A DNA stretch of 46,438 nucleotides, from IMG/VR virus record IMGVR_UViG_3300045988_112125; one strand, 5' to 3'. Both the position numbers and the translations under genes were made by a program. Each line of letters starts with the position of its first letter. Positions within the stretch are counted from its first letter, which is position 1. This document shows, one piece after another, positions 8,345 to 18,356 of the stretch. The notes under the pieces are model-generated. The model was not told the DNA's origin and ran no database searches. It saw only the letters and a program-made list of their open reading frames with translations. This stretch comes from a virus.

Positions 8345-9916
8345 GTGGAAGTAAAAGATGTAATAATTACGCAGGATTTTGTGGACGCTGTAGAGGCGCA
8401 GATTGACATACCTTATGGGGTGCTTGACGGGGATATTACAAGTTCGGCTAAATCAGCGTTCTTTAATGAGCTTAATGAGATAAAGGCCTACTACTTGGTA
8501 TATGCGCACGGCGCTACTTTTCCTACTGAGGGCTCAAACAGCGACTACATACCTTCACAGGTTAGGTGCAAAAAGGCTAAAAGCCTGATTGACAAGGAAG
8601 CCCGGTTCATGTTTTCTAAGGCTATGGATATAGCAGTCAATCAGAACGCTGTGGGTGATACTCAGGCCGAACAGACAAATAGCACAATACTGAATGATTT
8701 TGTGCAGGCTGTACTTAAGAAAAACTTCTTTAACCGTAACCTAACACGAGCAGGAAAAGACTGCTTTATCGGTAAACGTGTGGCTTGTGTGCTGAACTTT
8801 AGTCCGGATGCAGGAATAGAGGTGGCTTTTGTAGGCCCCACGGAATTCTACTACGAATTTGATGGAAATGATGTCCTGTCTAAGCTGATCGTATTCTTTA
8901 CGGCGGTAGAATCTACAAACAAAGCAGAGCAGCGTATCCGCAAAAAGGTGTACTGGATGGAAGATAATGTGTGCCATGTGTCAGAAACGATGTATGACGG
9001 TGCAGGCCTGGAGCTTGAGGTATTGTCGCAGGACATAAAGACCTTGTTCAATTATATTCCAGCCGTGATTATATTTAATGATGGTCTATCTAATGATATA
9101 CATGGGGAGTCAGAGATTGCAGCCGTTATGGAGTATGAGCAGACATACAGTAAACTTGCTAATGCAGACATAGACAGTGAGCGTAAAGGTATGAACTGCA
9201 TACGGTACATTATTGACGGTTCACCAGAATCCACTGCGAACCTTTCTTCAGCTCCCGGAGCCTTATGGGATATTCAGTCAGACCAGAATGGAGCAAGTGA
9301 TAAGACAGCTACCATAGGTACGCTGGAGCCTAGCATGAGCTATTCCGCACCACTTAAGACTACCTTAGACCGTATAGACAACATAATGCATGCCCAGCTG
9401 GAAATTCCCAATATAAACAGCGAGCAGTTACAGGGTGTTATCACGTCAGGAAAAACCCTTAAGGCGTTGTACTGGGGCCTGATAGTACGGTGTGACGAAA
9501 AGGCGTTGACATGGATACCTGCTATTGAATTTGTAGTCCGCACCATCATTGAGGGGGCAAAGCTGTATCCAGAAGTGGTGCAGTATTACAGCAATAGCAA
9601 TATACCGGACACAGAATATGAGGTTACCGTTATTAATAATTATGCCTTACCGGAAGATGAGGCTGAGGAAAAGACCCTCAATCTGGCTGAGGTGCAGGCT
9701 CAGACCATGAGCCGTAAGTATTACATGAAATACTGGCGTAAGCTGACAGACGATCAAGCAGATGCAGAGCTTGAACAGATTGCAAAAGAGAAGTCACTCC
9801 TTGAAGATTCTATGATGATGCCCCCTACAGATATGGTAGAAGAGGATGAGAGTGATATTGACTCTGATACACAGACAGACGGTCAGCCAAAAGAGCCCAC
9901 CACACCAGACACATAA
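8345..9916 (+). CDS. Portal protein (SPP1 gp6-like)
   Basis: GTG start with AAGGAGGTG RBS, 523 aa, acidic C-terminus, positioned before the Mu F-like head protein. Confidence 0.7.
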   Translation: MEVKDVIITQDFVDAVEAQIDIPYGVLDGDITSSAKSAFFNELNEIKAYYLVYAHGATFPTEGSNSDYIPSQVRCKKAKSLIDKEARFMFSKAMDIAVNQNAVGDTQAEQTNSTILNDFVQAVLKKNFFNRNLTRAGKDCFIGKRVACVLNFSPDAGIEVAFVGPTEFYYEFDGNDVLSKLIVFFTAVESTNKAEQRIRKKVYWMEDNVCHVSETMYDGAGLELEVLSQDIKTLFNYIPAVIIFNDGLSNDIHGESEIAAVMEYEQTYSKLANADIDSERKGMNCIRYIIDGSPESTANLSSAPGALWDIQSDQNGASDKTATIGTLEPSMSYSAPLKTTLDRIDNIMHAQLEIPNINSEQLQGVITSGKTLKALYWGLIVRCDEKALTWIPAIEFVVRTIIEGAKLYPEVVQYYSNSNIPDTEYEVTVINNYALPEDEAEEKTLNLAEVQAQTMSRKYYMKYWRKLTDDQADAELEQIAKEKSLLEDSMMMPPTDMVEEDESDIDSDTQTDGQPKEPTTPDT

Positions 9917-9936
9917 GGTACAAAGGGGGGTAAACA

Positions 9937-10863
9937 ATGCCGTATCTGGAGCTTAACCGAGCTGACTCTATACGACGTAGACTGACAGCTGAGCAGTATT
10001 CAAAAATACGCAAGCTGTATGAAAATGCTGCTAAACAGGCAGCCAAAAAAGCCGAAGGGCTTAAGGGCAGCGACAACATTTCAGCCACTTATAGGGTAGG
10101 GTACTTAATGGAGCTTAGAAGACAGCTTAATACTGTCCTTGACGAGATTGAAAAGGAGCTGAACATAAGTATACCCAGTGCCATGCGTAAAGCAGCCTCA
10201 GCCGTAGCAGGTGAAACTGAGGGGTGGCTGGCTGAGATGGGGTTGTCTGTAGAGGGTGCATTTTCCAATGTGCCAGACGATATAGTAAAGAGCGTTATCA
10301 CAGGGCAGGTGTATAAGAATGATTGGAACTTAAGCAGAGCCTTATGGAGGAATACCAAAAAAGCTCAAAGCGATATTGACACCATCATAGCCAATGGTAT
10401 AGCTCAAAATCTAAGTAGCTATGACATAGCAAAAGACCTCGCAAAGTATGTAAACCCAAAAGCCAAAAAGGATTGGGAGTGGAGTAAAATTTACCCTGGT
10501 ACTACAAAAAAGATAGAGTATAACGCTTTTAGACTGGCCTCCACGATGGTATCACACGCCTATCAGCAGTCCTTTGAAATGGTTAACGAGATGAACCCGT
10601 TTGTCACGGGTTACAAGTGGCTAACATCTAATTCCCACAGGGAAACCTGCGAGGTATGCCGGGAGCGTGCCAGCCAGAATAAATACGGGTTAGGAAAAGG
10701 GGTATATCCTAAAGGTAAGCTGCCCTTAGACCATCCTAACGGACTCTGTACCTTCGCTGTGGTGGTTCCAGACAATGATAAAATTGTGGGTGACATAGCA
10801 GCATGGTACAAAGGGGCTAAGAATCCGAAACTTGATAGGTTCGCAGCCTCACTCAAAAAGTAA
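9937..10863 (+). CDS. Minor head / head morphogenesis protein (Mu F / SPP1 gp7-like)
   Basis: C-terminal motif ETCEVCRERA...LPLDHPNGLCTF, matching the C..C...HPNC.C type. It follows the portal gene. Confidence 0.8.
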   Translation: MPYLELNRADSIRRRLTAEQYSKIRKLYENAAKQAAKKAEGLKGSDNISATYRVGYLMELRRQLNTVLDEIEKELNISIPSAMRKAASAVAGETEGWLAEMGLSVEGAFSNVPDDIVKSVITGQVYKNDWNLSRALWRNTKKAQSDIDTIIANGIAQNLSSYDIAKDLAKYVNPKAKKDWEWSKIYPGTTKKIEYNAFRLASTMVSHAYQQSFEMVNEMNPFVTGYKWLTSNSHRETCEVCRERASQNKYGLGKGVYPKGKLPLDHPNGLCTFAVVVPDNDKIVGDIAAWYKGAKNPKLDRFAASLKK

Positions 10864-10961
10864 CACCGGTAAACCGGACACGGCCTATTCTCTACCTGTC
10901 TGTTTAGGCCATGACAAAGGACAGGATTAAAACGTCACCAGACGCAAAATGGAGGAATAAT

Positions 10962-11666
10962 ATGAGAAAACATTTTACACAGAAAACAACATTACCGAAA
11001 ATGAATTTACAGCTCTTCGCTGAAGGCACAGACGGGGGCAAGGACGGCTCCGGGGAAGGCGAGGGTACAAACTCCGAGGGTGAGGGAACAGAAGGGCAGG
11101 ACGGTGGCTCTGAGGGCTCAGACGGGGGTGAAAAGACTTTCACTCAGTCCGATGTCAATGCCATGATGGCAAAAGAGAAGCGGTCTGGCAAAAGTTCTAT
11201 CTTAAAACTGTTTGGTGTTTCTGATGAAAAAGCAGCCAAAACTGAGGCAGAAGCTTACAAAGCTTGGAAAGAGTCACAGAAGACGGACGAACAGAAGCAG
11301 ACCGAAGTTAAGGCAGAACTGGAAAACAGCAAGGCAGAGGCTGAACGTAGAGCTCAGGCAGCTGAAAATAAGCTTGCCCTGCTTGAAGCCGGTGTAAACA
11401 AAGATAGCCTTGATGATGTGCTGGCTATTGCTATCGTTAAGGTGACAGAGGAAAAAGATCTCAACGCTGTCCTTGCCGACATGAAAAAAGAGCCTAGATA
11501 CAACAGCTTTTTTGAGTCCTCTTCTCAGGGTAGCGGCGCCGGTAATGCTGGCACAGGCGGTAATGTTGGGCACAGAGGAAAAGGAGGTGCAGACAAAGGC
11601 GAGAACATTGGAGCACGCTTAGGTAAATGTGCAGAAAATAAGAAGAGTAGCTTTTTCAAGAATTAA
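10962..11666 (+). CDS. Scaffolding protein (start moved to MRKHFTQ)
   Basis: GGAGG RBS 6 nt upstream. Contains the MNLQLFAEG motif common near the N-terminus of Firmicutes phage scaffold or capsid proteins. Has a Gly/Glu-rich region and a coiled-coil region. Confidence 0.65.
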   Translation: MRKHFTQKTTLPKMNLQLFAEGTDGGKDGSGEGEGTNSEGEGTEGQDGGSEGSDGGEKTFTQSDVNAMMAKEKRSGKSSILKLFGVSDEKAAKTEAEAYKAWKESQKTDEQKQTEVKAELENSKAEAERRAQAAENKLALLEAGVNKDSLDDVLAIAIVKVTEEKDLNAVLADMKKEPRYNSFFESSSQGSGAGNAGTGGNVGHRGKGGADKGENIGARLGKCAENKKSSFFKN

Positions 11667-11677
11667 GGAGGTAAGAT

Positions 11678-12076
11678 ATGTTAAATCAGAGTGGAATTAA
11701 GAAAGAAGTAGGAGCAGCTACGAAGACAATCCTAGTAGATTCCCAGAATCAGTTTGCAGTGTCCTGTAAGCTGGCTAACACAGGGGTTTCCGCTGGTGCA
11801 GATGGGCGCAAAATCATGAAGGCCGGTACACCGCTTGAGGGTGACTTAAAGGCCCGTGAGACAGCTTTTAAAATTGCTGTGGAGGATAAAAAAGCTTGCG
11901 GTATTCTGCTGCATGATGTAGATGTAACTGCTAACAATGCGAACGGAACCTGTCTGGTATTCGGTTTTGTAGATGAGTCTAAGCTTGACAGCAGCGTTGT
12001 CAGCCTGCTGGATGTAGATAATACAGACACTACAAAAGTGCGTGACACCCTTAAGCACATTACATTTTTAAAATAA
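11678..12076 (+). CDS. Head decoration-like protein (132 aa)
   Basis: Sits between scaffold and major capsid, as gpD does in lambda-type head modules. The call rests on size and synteny only. Confidence 0.4.
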   Translation: MLNQSGIKKEVGAATKTILVDSQNQFAVSCKLANTGVSAGADGRKIMKAGTPLEGDLKARETAFKIAVEDKKACGILLHDVDVTANNANGTCLVFGFVDESKLDSSVVSLLDVDNTDTTKVRDTLKHITFLK

Positions 12077-12097
12077 TCAATCACAGGAGGTAAAGAT

Positions 12098-13135
12098 ATG
12101 GCAACGATTTTTGAGTTAGTAACTTCAGCAGCTATCACAGCTTACTGGGAGGCTCAGTCCAATCAGAGAGCTCCGTACTTAGGAGATGAACTTTTCCCAC
12201 CTGAGCAGAAGCTTGGCCTTGAGCTTAAGTGGATTAAAGGTTCCGCAGGTTTACCGGTAGTTCTTAAGCCGTCCGCTTTTGATGCAGAGGCTATGAAGAG
12301 AGACCGCATTGGTTTTGAAAAGCTGACCGCGCAGATGCCTTTCTTCAAAGAGTCTACCCTTATTGATGAGGAGCTTCGTCAGCAGTTAAACATGGTACTT
12401 GAAACCGGCAATCAGGCATACATTGATTCTGTTATGAAGCGTGTATTCGCTGATGAGGTTAGTCTGCTGGATGGTGCTGCTGCTCAGCGCGAGCGTATTA
12501 AGATGATGGCTCTGACTACCGGTGCTGTAAGTATTGCAGCCAATGGTCAGGCATATGACTATGACTACGGTATGCCGTCTGGGCACAAGATAACCGTTGG
12601 TAAATCCTGGAGTGACCCAACAGCTGATGTTATCACAGATATCCAGACGAACATGGATTTAATCGAGGATGATACAGGCGTAAGACCCACTAGAGCGGTA
12701 TGCTCCCGTAAAACATGGGGCTACATCATGAAAAACAACGGTATCAGGAATATTCTCAATGGTAACAACAGTAACGCCCCGGTAACTGATACAAAGGTAA
12801 AACAGTATTTCATGGATGAGTTACAGCTGGAAGTTGTAATTTACACAAAGAAGTACAAGTCCGAAACAGGAGCTGCTACTCAGTATGTGGCTGACGATAT
12901 TTTCGTTATGTTCCCATCTGGTGCATTAGGTACTGGCTGGTTCGGTACTACTCCAGAGCAGTCTGACCTGATGAGCGGTACAGCTGCTAACGTATCCATC
13001 ACGGATGTGGGTGTAGCCGTAACTACAGTCAAGAAAACAGACCCGGTAAACGTGGACACAAAAGCTTCCATGATTTATCTGCCGTCCTTTGAGGCTGCTG
13101 ATGAGGTTTCTATTCTGGATGTTATCACAGGCTAA
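12098..13135 (+). CDS. Major capsid protein (gpE-like family)
   Basis: 345 aa with a strong RBS. The N-terminus MATIFELVT...LGDELFP... resembles Phage_cap_E-type proteins, and synteny agrees. Confidence 0.75.
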   Translation: MATIFELVTSAAITAYWEAQSNQRAPYLGDELFPPEQKLGLELKWIKGSAGLPVVLKPSAFDAEAMKRDRIGFEKLTAQMPFFKESTLIDEELRQQLNMVLETGNQAYIDSVMKRVFADEVSLLDGAAAQRERIKMMALTTGAVSIAANGQAYDYDYGMPSGHKITVGKSWSDPTADVITDIQTNMDLIEDDTGVRPTRAVCSRKTWGYIMKNNGIRNILNGNNSNAPVTDTKVKQYFMDELQLEVVIYTKKYKSETGAATQYVADDIFVMFPSGALGTGWFGTTPEQSDLMSGTAANVSITDVGVAVTTVKKTDPVNVDTKASMIYLPSFEAADEVSILDVITG

Positions 13136-13147
13136 GGAGGTTTGAAC

Positions 13148-13534
13148 ATGGCTTTGCTTAAGATTGTAAAAGATGGCAAGGCTCTAATCATCCCACAGGG
13201 GGCGTACAGAACACAGTACGCTCCTGCTGGCTGGGTGGTTGAAGAGCCAGACGGCCTCAAAAAGACGTCAAAAGACATTGAGGTAGGTAACACTGAGGCC
13301 CCGGACACAGAACAGCCAGAGGGCTCCGCAGACGATGCCACAGAGGGTGACTCAGATGAGCTCGATGACACTGATGAGGATGAAGACGATGACTACTATA
13401 CCATGCTTGAGGAAACCCCGTTAAGCGAGCTCGACTTAGCAGACCTTAGAGCTTTAGCTGAGCACAGGGGTATTGATATTACCGGTATTACATCTGCTAA
13501 GAAAATCAGAGAGGCAATTCAGGCAGCAAGATAA
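13148..13534 (+). CDS. Acidic protein with C-terminal Rho_N/SAP-like helix-extended-helix
   Basis: The ATG at 13148 lies 7 nt after AAGGAGG. Has a D/E-rich centre and a C-terminal LSELDLADLRALAEHRGIDITG motif. Confidence 0.55.
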   Translation: MALLKIVKDGKALIIPQGAYRTQYAPAGWVVEEPDGLKKTSKDIEVGNTEAPDTEQPEGSADDATEGDSDELDDTDEDEDDDYYTMLEETPLSELDLADLRALAEHRGIDITGITSAKKIREAIQAAR

Positions 13535-13545
13535 GGAGGTATCCT

Positions 13546-13797
13546 ATGACACCCTTAGAAGAACTTAAGCTTATCATAAGAGAAAAGGATTGCCCGTTTT
13601 TTGAAGACTCTGAGCTGGAATACTATCTTGGCAAGTATGGCACCGTTGAAAAGACAGCGTATTACTGCCTGATTATGAAGGCTGAAGACACCACACTGTC
13701 AGTCAGTGGGTTAAGCTGTGGGGATACGTCATCGTATTTTCGTAGGCTTGCTCAGCGGTACAGGCCTAACAACTCCGGGATACTTAGGGGGGTGTAA
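13546..13797 (+). CDS. Head-tail connector-like protein (83 aa)
   Basis: Assigned from size and position after the capsid gene. Strong RBS. Confidence 0.4.
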   Translation: MTPLEELKLIIREKDCPFFEDSELEYYLGKYGTVEKTAYYCLIMKAEDTTLSVSGLSCGDTSSYFRRLAQRYRPNNSGILRGV

Positions 13798-13799
13798 GT

Positions 13800-14156
13800 A
13801 TGAATGCAGCCTACCTTGAAAACCGTATAAGACGTCAGATTCTTTGTCATGGGTTTGAGTATACGTTCTTTAGACAGGGGGAAGACAAGTACCATCGGCC
13901 TACAGGTGAAGAAACTGTAGCCACCATAAAAGGAATTTACCACGAAGGAAACGGGTATATATCAGTCAGCAAGGCAGACTCCACTCTGGTACAGAGCAAG
14001 AAAACGCCTATGATTTTGGCCTTAATGGCTGATGCAAAACCTATAAAACAAGGTGATTATATTATGGTGGACAGCAAAAAGTATAAAGTGACCGGGGTTT
14101 TGGATGTGCAGAATTATGACGTGGTGGCAGACATATCCTTTGAGGTAGAGGTTTAG
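13800..14156 (+). CDS. Head closure / head-tail adaptor-like protein (118 aa)
   Basis: Assigned from synteny in the connector block. GGGGGGTG RBS. Confidence 0.4.
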   Translation: MNAAYLENRIRRQILCHGFEYTFFRQGEDKYHRPTGEETVATIKGIYHEGNGYISVSKADSTLVQSKKTPMILALMADAKPIKQGDYIMVDSKKYKVTGVLDVQNYDVVADISFEVEV

Positions 14157-14165
14157 GAGGGTGCT

Positions 14166-14510
14166 ATGAACTTTGACTTAGACAGCCTAATAGAGGGGTT
14201 GAGCCGGTTTGATGAAAAGGCTGATAAGGCAGTAAAAATGTTTGCGGAAACAGCCGCTGCCACGCTGGAGGCTGATGCAAAACAAAACAGGCCGTGGACA
14301 GACCGAACTGGTGATGCACGAAAACGCCTCAAAGGGTATATAGAATCGATCCCAAACGGGTATAAAATCATACTGGCTCACGGGGTTGACTACGGATTGT
14401 GGTTGGAAGTGGCTAACGATGGTATGTATGGTATAGTAAAGAAAACAATCCGCATGGAAGCTCCGTATATAATGCAGGACTTCTCCGGGCTTATGGAGAA
14501 AATGAAGTAA
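14166..14510 (+). CDS. HK97 gp10-like tail-attachment protein
   Basis: 114 aa. The motif ...NRPWTDRTGDARKRL... resembles the gp10 family, and synteny agrees. Confidence 0.5.
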   Translation: MNFDLDSLIEGLSRFDEKADKAVKMFAETAAATLEADAKQNRPWTDRTGDARKRLKGYIESIPNGYKIILAHGVDYGLWLEVANDGMYGIVKKTIRMEAPYIMQDFSGLMEKMK

Positions 14511-14521
14511 GGGGGTATAAA

Positions 14522-14881
14522 ATGAACGTAATATGGCAGAAAATGTCTGATGAGCTGATAGCTGATGGAATAGACACATACCCCCCGGCTACACATAAAG
14601 GGGAAGTAAAGAACCCCTACTGTGTGGTAAAGGACGAAGGAGGGGTAAAGCTTGGCAGATTTTCCACCCAGCAGAGGTACTACTCCCTGTACTGTTACGT
14701 CCCCATGGACAGATATACAGACCTTCAGGGTTTTGTGGAAAAATGCAAGGCTGCTGTAGAAAGACTGGCACCCATGATAATGCCTACAGGGCAGGAAACG
14801 CCCAGCATATTAGACCCCACTTCAAGTTCCTATGTAATATCAGTAGAATACAGATGTCAGCTTAGAAATAAACTGTTATAA
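14522..14881 (+). CDS. Tail completion / terminator-like protein (119 aa)
   Basis: Last small gene before the major tail protein. The call rests on synteny only. Confidence 0.4.
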   Translation: MNVIWQKMSDELIADGIDTYPPATHKGEVKNPYCVVKDEGGVKLGRFSTQQRYYSLYCYVPMDRYTDLQGFVEKCKAAVERLAPMIMPTGQETPSILDPTSSSYVISVEYRCQLRNKLL

Positions 14882-14893
14882 GGAGGTAAGACA

Positions 14894-15460
14894 ATGTTAA
14901 AAAAAGGGCATGAAATACCCACTATTGATGTGGCCTTAGTTACTATTAAGACTAAAGACGGCTCAAGAGAAATCGCCTTAGACACGGCGAACAAAATTGG
15001 CGTGGAAGTCCTTACTGAGGTAACTGAGGCTATTAAGCTTATCATTAAGCAGAAACTTAGGGCACAGAAGGGTAAACAGACTACCATTACTGGACACGAA
15101 ATTACCCTAACAGATAATGTCTTTATTCCCGAAGTAGCCAAGATTCTTCAGGGTGGTAAAATCACATGGGAAGGAACCGAGTATGAAAGTAATGTGACCG
15201 CATACGAACCGCCGGTAGCAGGCTCAGGTGAAAAGGGAGAGATTTTTGAGTTGTGTGCTTACTCAGCTATCTATAACGCAGCTGCTGAGCTCACCGGGTA
15301 CGAGAAAATTACCTACCCAAACTGTCAAGGACAGCCGTTTGGGCTTAGCTCTGAGGATGATGTATTCCGTGTATCGGAGTATGTTATTACGTCTGCACCA
15401 AATACAGGGGAGGCACCATATAAGATTGATTATGTGAGCTCTCTTCCAGCAATATCTTAG
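14894..15460 (+). CDS. Major tail protein
   Basis: 188 aa, immediately upstream of the chaperone and tape-measure pair. No sheath gene is present. Confidence 0.7.
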   Translation: MLKKGHEIPTIDVALVTIKTKDGSREIALDTANKIGVEVLTEVTEAIKLIIKQKLRAQKGKQTTITGHEITLTDNVFIPEVAKILQGGKITWEGTEYESNVTAYEPPVAGSGEKGEIFELCAYSAIYNAAAELTGYEKITYPNCQGQPFGLSSEDDVFRVSEYVITSAPNTGEAPYKIDYVSSLPAIS

Positions 15461-15473
15461 GAGGTAAATCAAC

Positions 15474-15956
15474 ATGTATATGAATGAGAATACAAAGTTG
15501 CAGGTGACAAAGCTCGATGAGCTGAGAGGTTATGCTAGGGGGCAGCTGGTAGAGCTCCCCCCGTTTGCACAGGGGCAGCCTATGGTAGTGCGCCTTACAA
15601 GACCATCACTCCTTGTTATGGTTAAAGAGGGTAGAATTCCCAACAGTCTGCTTAAAACAGCTAATAAGCTGTTCATGAGTACCGGGGACTTCAACACTGA
15701 GGATAATAGCCTGCTCAATGATATGTACGGGGTAATGGAGGAAATCTGCAAGGCTTCCATGGTGGAACCTACTTATGACGAGGTTTTAAGCGCAGGGCTA
15801 AGATTGACCGATGATCAGATGATGGCTATCTTCAATTACAGTCAGCAGGGGGTGAAGGCTCTTCAATCCTTTCGTAAAAAGTCCGGAAATACTGGCTCTG
15901 ATAGGGCTGGCAAAGGAGTTTCAAAAAACCCCGGCGGAGCTCATAGGGGTAAGTGA
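15474..15956 (+). CDS. Tail assembly chaperone (gpG-like)
   Basis: 160 aa, positioned between the major tail and tape-measure genes. Its 3' end is overlapped by an open alternative frame. Confidence 0.7.
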   Translation: MYMNENTKLQVTKLDELRGYARGQLVELPPFAQGQPMVVRLTRPSLLVMVKEGRIPNSLLKTANKLFMSTGDFNTEDNSLLNDMYGVMEEICKASMVEPTYDEVLSAGLRLTDDQMMAIFNYSQQGVKALQSFRKKSGNTGSDRAGKGVSKNPGGAHRGK

Positions 15957-16113
15957 TGTCTACGATGCCTACTGCTTTAACATGGCCTGCCTTTACATCA
16001 TAAATATGATGAAGCAGGACATGAAGCCAGACTTCGGGATATTTAAGCACGAAGGCAAAACGTATACTAGACCATCAGACCTGTACAAAACTTATGAAGG
16101 AGGTGGCACATGA
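15928..16113 (+). CDS. Frameshift extension of the tail assembly chaperone (gpT-like), reached by a +1/-2 shift
   Basis: The +1 frame is open from 15856 to the TGA at 16111-16113, which overlaps the tape-measure ATG (ATGA). It has no RBS or start of its own. An A6 run lies at 15923-15928. Confidence 0.5.
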   Translation, partial: TPAELIGVSDVYDAYCFNMACLYIINMMKQDMKPDFGIFKHEGKTYTRPSDLYKTYEGGGT

Positions 16114-18341
16114 TAGATGTAGGCTCTGCCATAGGTTTTTTGGAACTTGACATATCAGGGTTCAAAGACGGGATTAAGGGTGCCTTTGAGGACTTAAAGG
16201 AGTTTGGTGATAAGACAAAAAGCGTTGAGGGCAGGATGTCTTCCCTTTCTAAGGGTTTTATGTCAGCTGGTTCCACCCTCACCACAAGTGTGACTCTTCC
16301 AATATTGGGTGTTGGTACAGCTGCCGGGGTAGCTGCTGATGAATTTCAAAGGGCTTCACAGTCCTTACAGGTGTCAGTAGGAGCTACTGATAAGGAAATG
16401 GAAAAGCTTGACGAGGTGCTTAAGGCAGTATACGAAAATAACTATGGTGAAGGGTTTGAGGATGTCGCTGATGCCCTATCTGTGGTAAATCAGCAACTTG
16501 GTAACTTAAGCTCTGAAGAGATGCAAAACGTCACAGAATCAGCTTTTGCTTTTAGGGATGCTTTTGACGTAGATATTGCAGAGAGTGTGCGTACCGCAGA
16601 TACTTTAATGAATAACTTTGGCACAACTTCAGAAGAAGCCTTTGATTTAATGACATGGGGAATGCAAAACGGCCTTAACTTCTCTGACGAGTTGATTGAT
16701 TCTATCAATGAGTATGGCCCGCAGTTTAAAAAGTTCGGGTTTAGTGCTGAGGAAATGTTCCAGATATTTCAGCGGGGTGCCGAATCCGGTGCATGGAATC
16801 TTGACAAAGTCGGTGACGCTATGAAAGAGCTGTCAATCCGTGTTATAGATGGTAGTGACACTACCATAGCCGGATTTGAGGCAATAGGGCTTAATGCCGA
16901 TGAAATGGCAGCTAAGTTTGCTCAGGGTGGTGAAAGTGCCAAAGAAGCTTTTTATGAAGTTATGTCTGGGTTAAGCGAGATGAAAGACCCATTGGCTCAA
17001 AATACAGCTGGAGTTAACCTGTTTGGTACCATGTGGGAGGATTTAGGCCCTGAAGTAGTCACTCAGCTGGGAGACATAAAGGGTGCCACGTTAGACGTGT
17101 CTGGAGCTATTGAACAGCTTAAGACTGACAACTATCAGGATTTAGGCTCTCAGCTCGAAACCTTCCGCAGGTCTTTATCTTTACTGGGCACTGATATAGG
17201 TGAGTCGTTTATGCCATACGCTGTTCAATTCGTGCAGTGGCTAACCAATGTAGTGAACTGGTTCAGAAACCTGTCTCAATCAGTGCAGAACGTCCTTGTT
17301 GTTATTGCTTTACTCGCTGCTGCCATAGGCCCTGTGCTTATTGTCTTAGGACAGCTAGCAGGTGCATTCATTAAAATACATCAGTTCATAGGTCTGGCTT
17401 CTGGTGCTATCAGTGCCTTGGGCCCGGTATTCACAGCTTTGACAGGGCCAATAGGTATTGCGATTGCTGCTATTGCAGGTATGTTCTTAGCTTACCAGAC
17501 CAACCTATTCGGTATCAGGGACTTAGTGAATAATGTCTTATCATTCATCACTGGACTGTGGGAGAGTAACTTCCTTAATATCCAAGATTATTTCTCACTG
17601 TTTTGGAATAGTATAATCACAATATTAAATGCAAGTATAGTAATATTCAAAGAGATTGTTTCTGTGTTTATGGCTGTATTAACAGGTGACTGGCAAGCAG
17701 CTTGGGACGGTATAAAGAATATATTCTCGATAATTTGGGACACTATAATTCAGTTACTTAAGAACTTCATTGAGAGTATTATAATTTCTATAACCAACAC
17801 AGGCCCAAGAATGTTGCAAGCAGCAAGAGACCTGTTTAATAAAGCAAAAGACGGATTTACAGAAGTATGGAATCAAATTATAGAATGGTTTAGCCAAGTT
17901 GTAAATGACCCAGTAGGAACAGTATTAGGGATAGGGCAGGCGATGTTTGATGCAGGTAAAAATATATTCAATATGCTGTGGGATGGTATGAAAAGTATAT
18001 GGGATAGTATTACAGGCTGGATAGACGATTCTATAAACTGGATTGAAGATAAAGTTAAATTTTGGAAAAAAGAAGCCAAAAAGGTAAAAGCTGCAAAGAG
18101 AGCTGCGGAAGATGATGACGATGAACCAGACGGCAGTCATCGTAATGGTCTGGACTATGTTCCGTATGATGGGTACCGGGCTGAGTTGCATAAAGGTGAG
18201 AGGGTTCTTACAGCTGAAGAGGCTAAGAACTATAACCGTGGTGGAAATACTTATAACTTCTACAGCCCAAAAGCTCTTTCAGAGAAAGAAGCAGCAAGAG
18301 AGATGAAACGGGCAGAACGTGAGCTGGCCTTGGGATTTTAA
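16110..18341 (+). CDS. Tail tape measure protein
   Basis: 743 aa, helical, with hydrophobic segments in the central region. Canonical position. Confidence 0.9.
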   Translation: MIDVGSAIGFLELDISGFKDGIKGAFEDLKEFGDKTKSVEGRMSSLSKGFMSAGSTLTTSVTLPILGVGTAAGVAADEFQRASQSLQVSVGATDKEMEKLDEVLKAVYENNYGEGFEDVADALSVVNQQLGNLSSEEMQNVTESAFAFRDAFDVDIAESVRTADTLMNNFGTTSEEAFDLMTWGMQNGLNFSDELIDSINEYGPQFKKFGFSAEEMFQIFQRGAESGAWNLDKVGDAMKELSIRVIDGSDTTIAGFEAIGLNADEMAAKFAQGGESAKEAFYEVMSGLSEMKDPLAQNTAGVNLFGTMWEDLGPEVVTQLGDIKGATLDVSGAIEQLKTDNYQDLGSQLETFRRSLSLLGTDIGESFMPYAVQFVQWLTNVVNWFRNLSQSVQNVLVVIALLAAAIGPVLIVLGQLAGAFIKIHQFIGLASGAISALGPVFTALTGPIGIAIAAIAGMFLAYQTNLFGIRDLVNNVLSFITGLWESNFLNIQDYFSLFWNSIITILNASIVIFKEIVSVFMAVLTGDWQAAWDGIKNIFSIIWDTIIQLLKNFIESIIISITNTGPRMLQAARDLFNKAKDGFTEVWNQIIEWFSQVVNDPVGTVLGIGQAMFDAGKNIFNMLWDGMKSIWDSITGWIDDSINWIEDKVKFWKKEAKKVKAAKRAAEDDDDEPDGSHRNGLDYVPYDGYRAELHKGERVLTAEEAKNYNRGGNTYNFYSPKALSEKEAAREMKRAERELALGF

Positions 18342-18356
18342 TGAGGGGGTGAGAAG

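Noticed and set aside
11749-14579. Long antisense ORFs inside head and connector genes (for example 11749..12138 -, 13132..13371 -, 14187..14579 -)
   Set aside because: They lie opposite well-supported, RBS-preceded structural genes, lack RBSs, and have skewed composition (Ser/Pro/Leu-rich). They are typical shadow ORFs.
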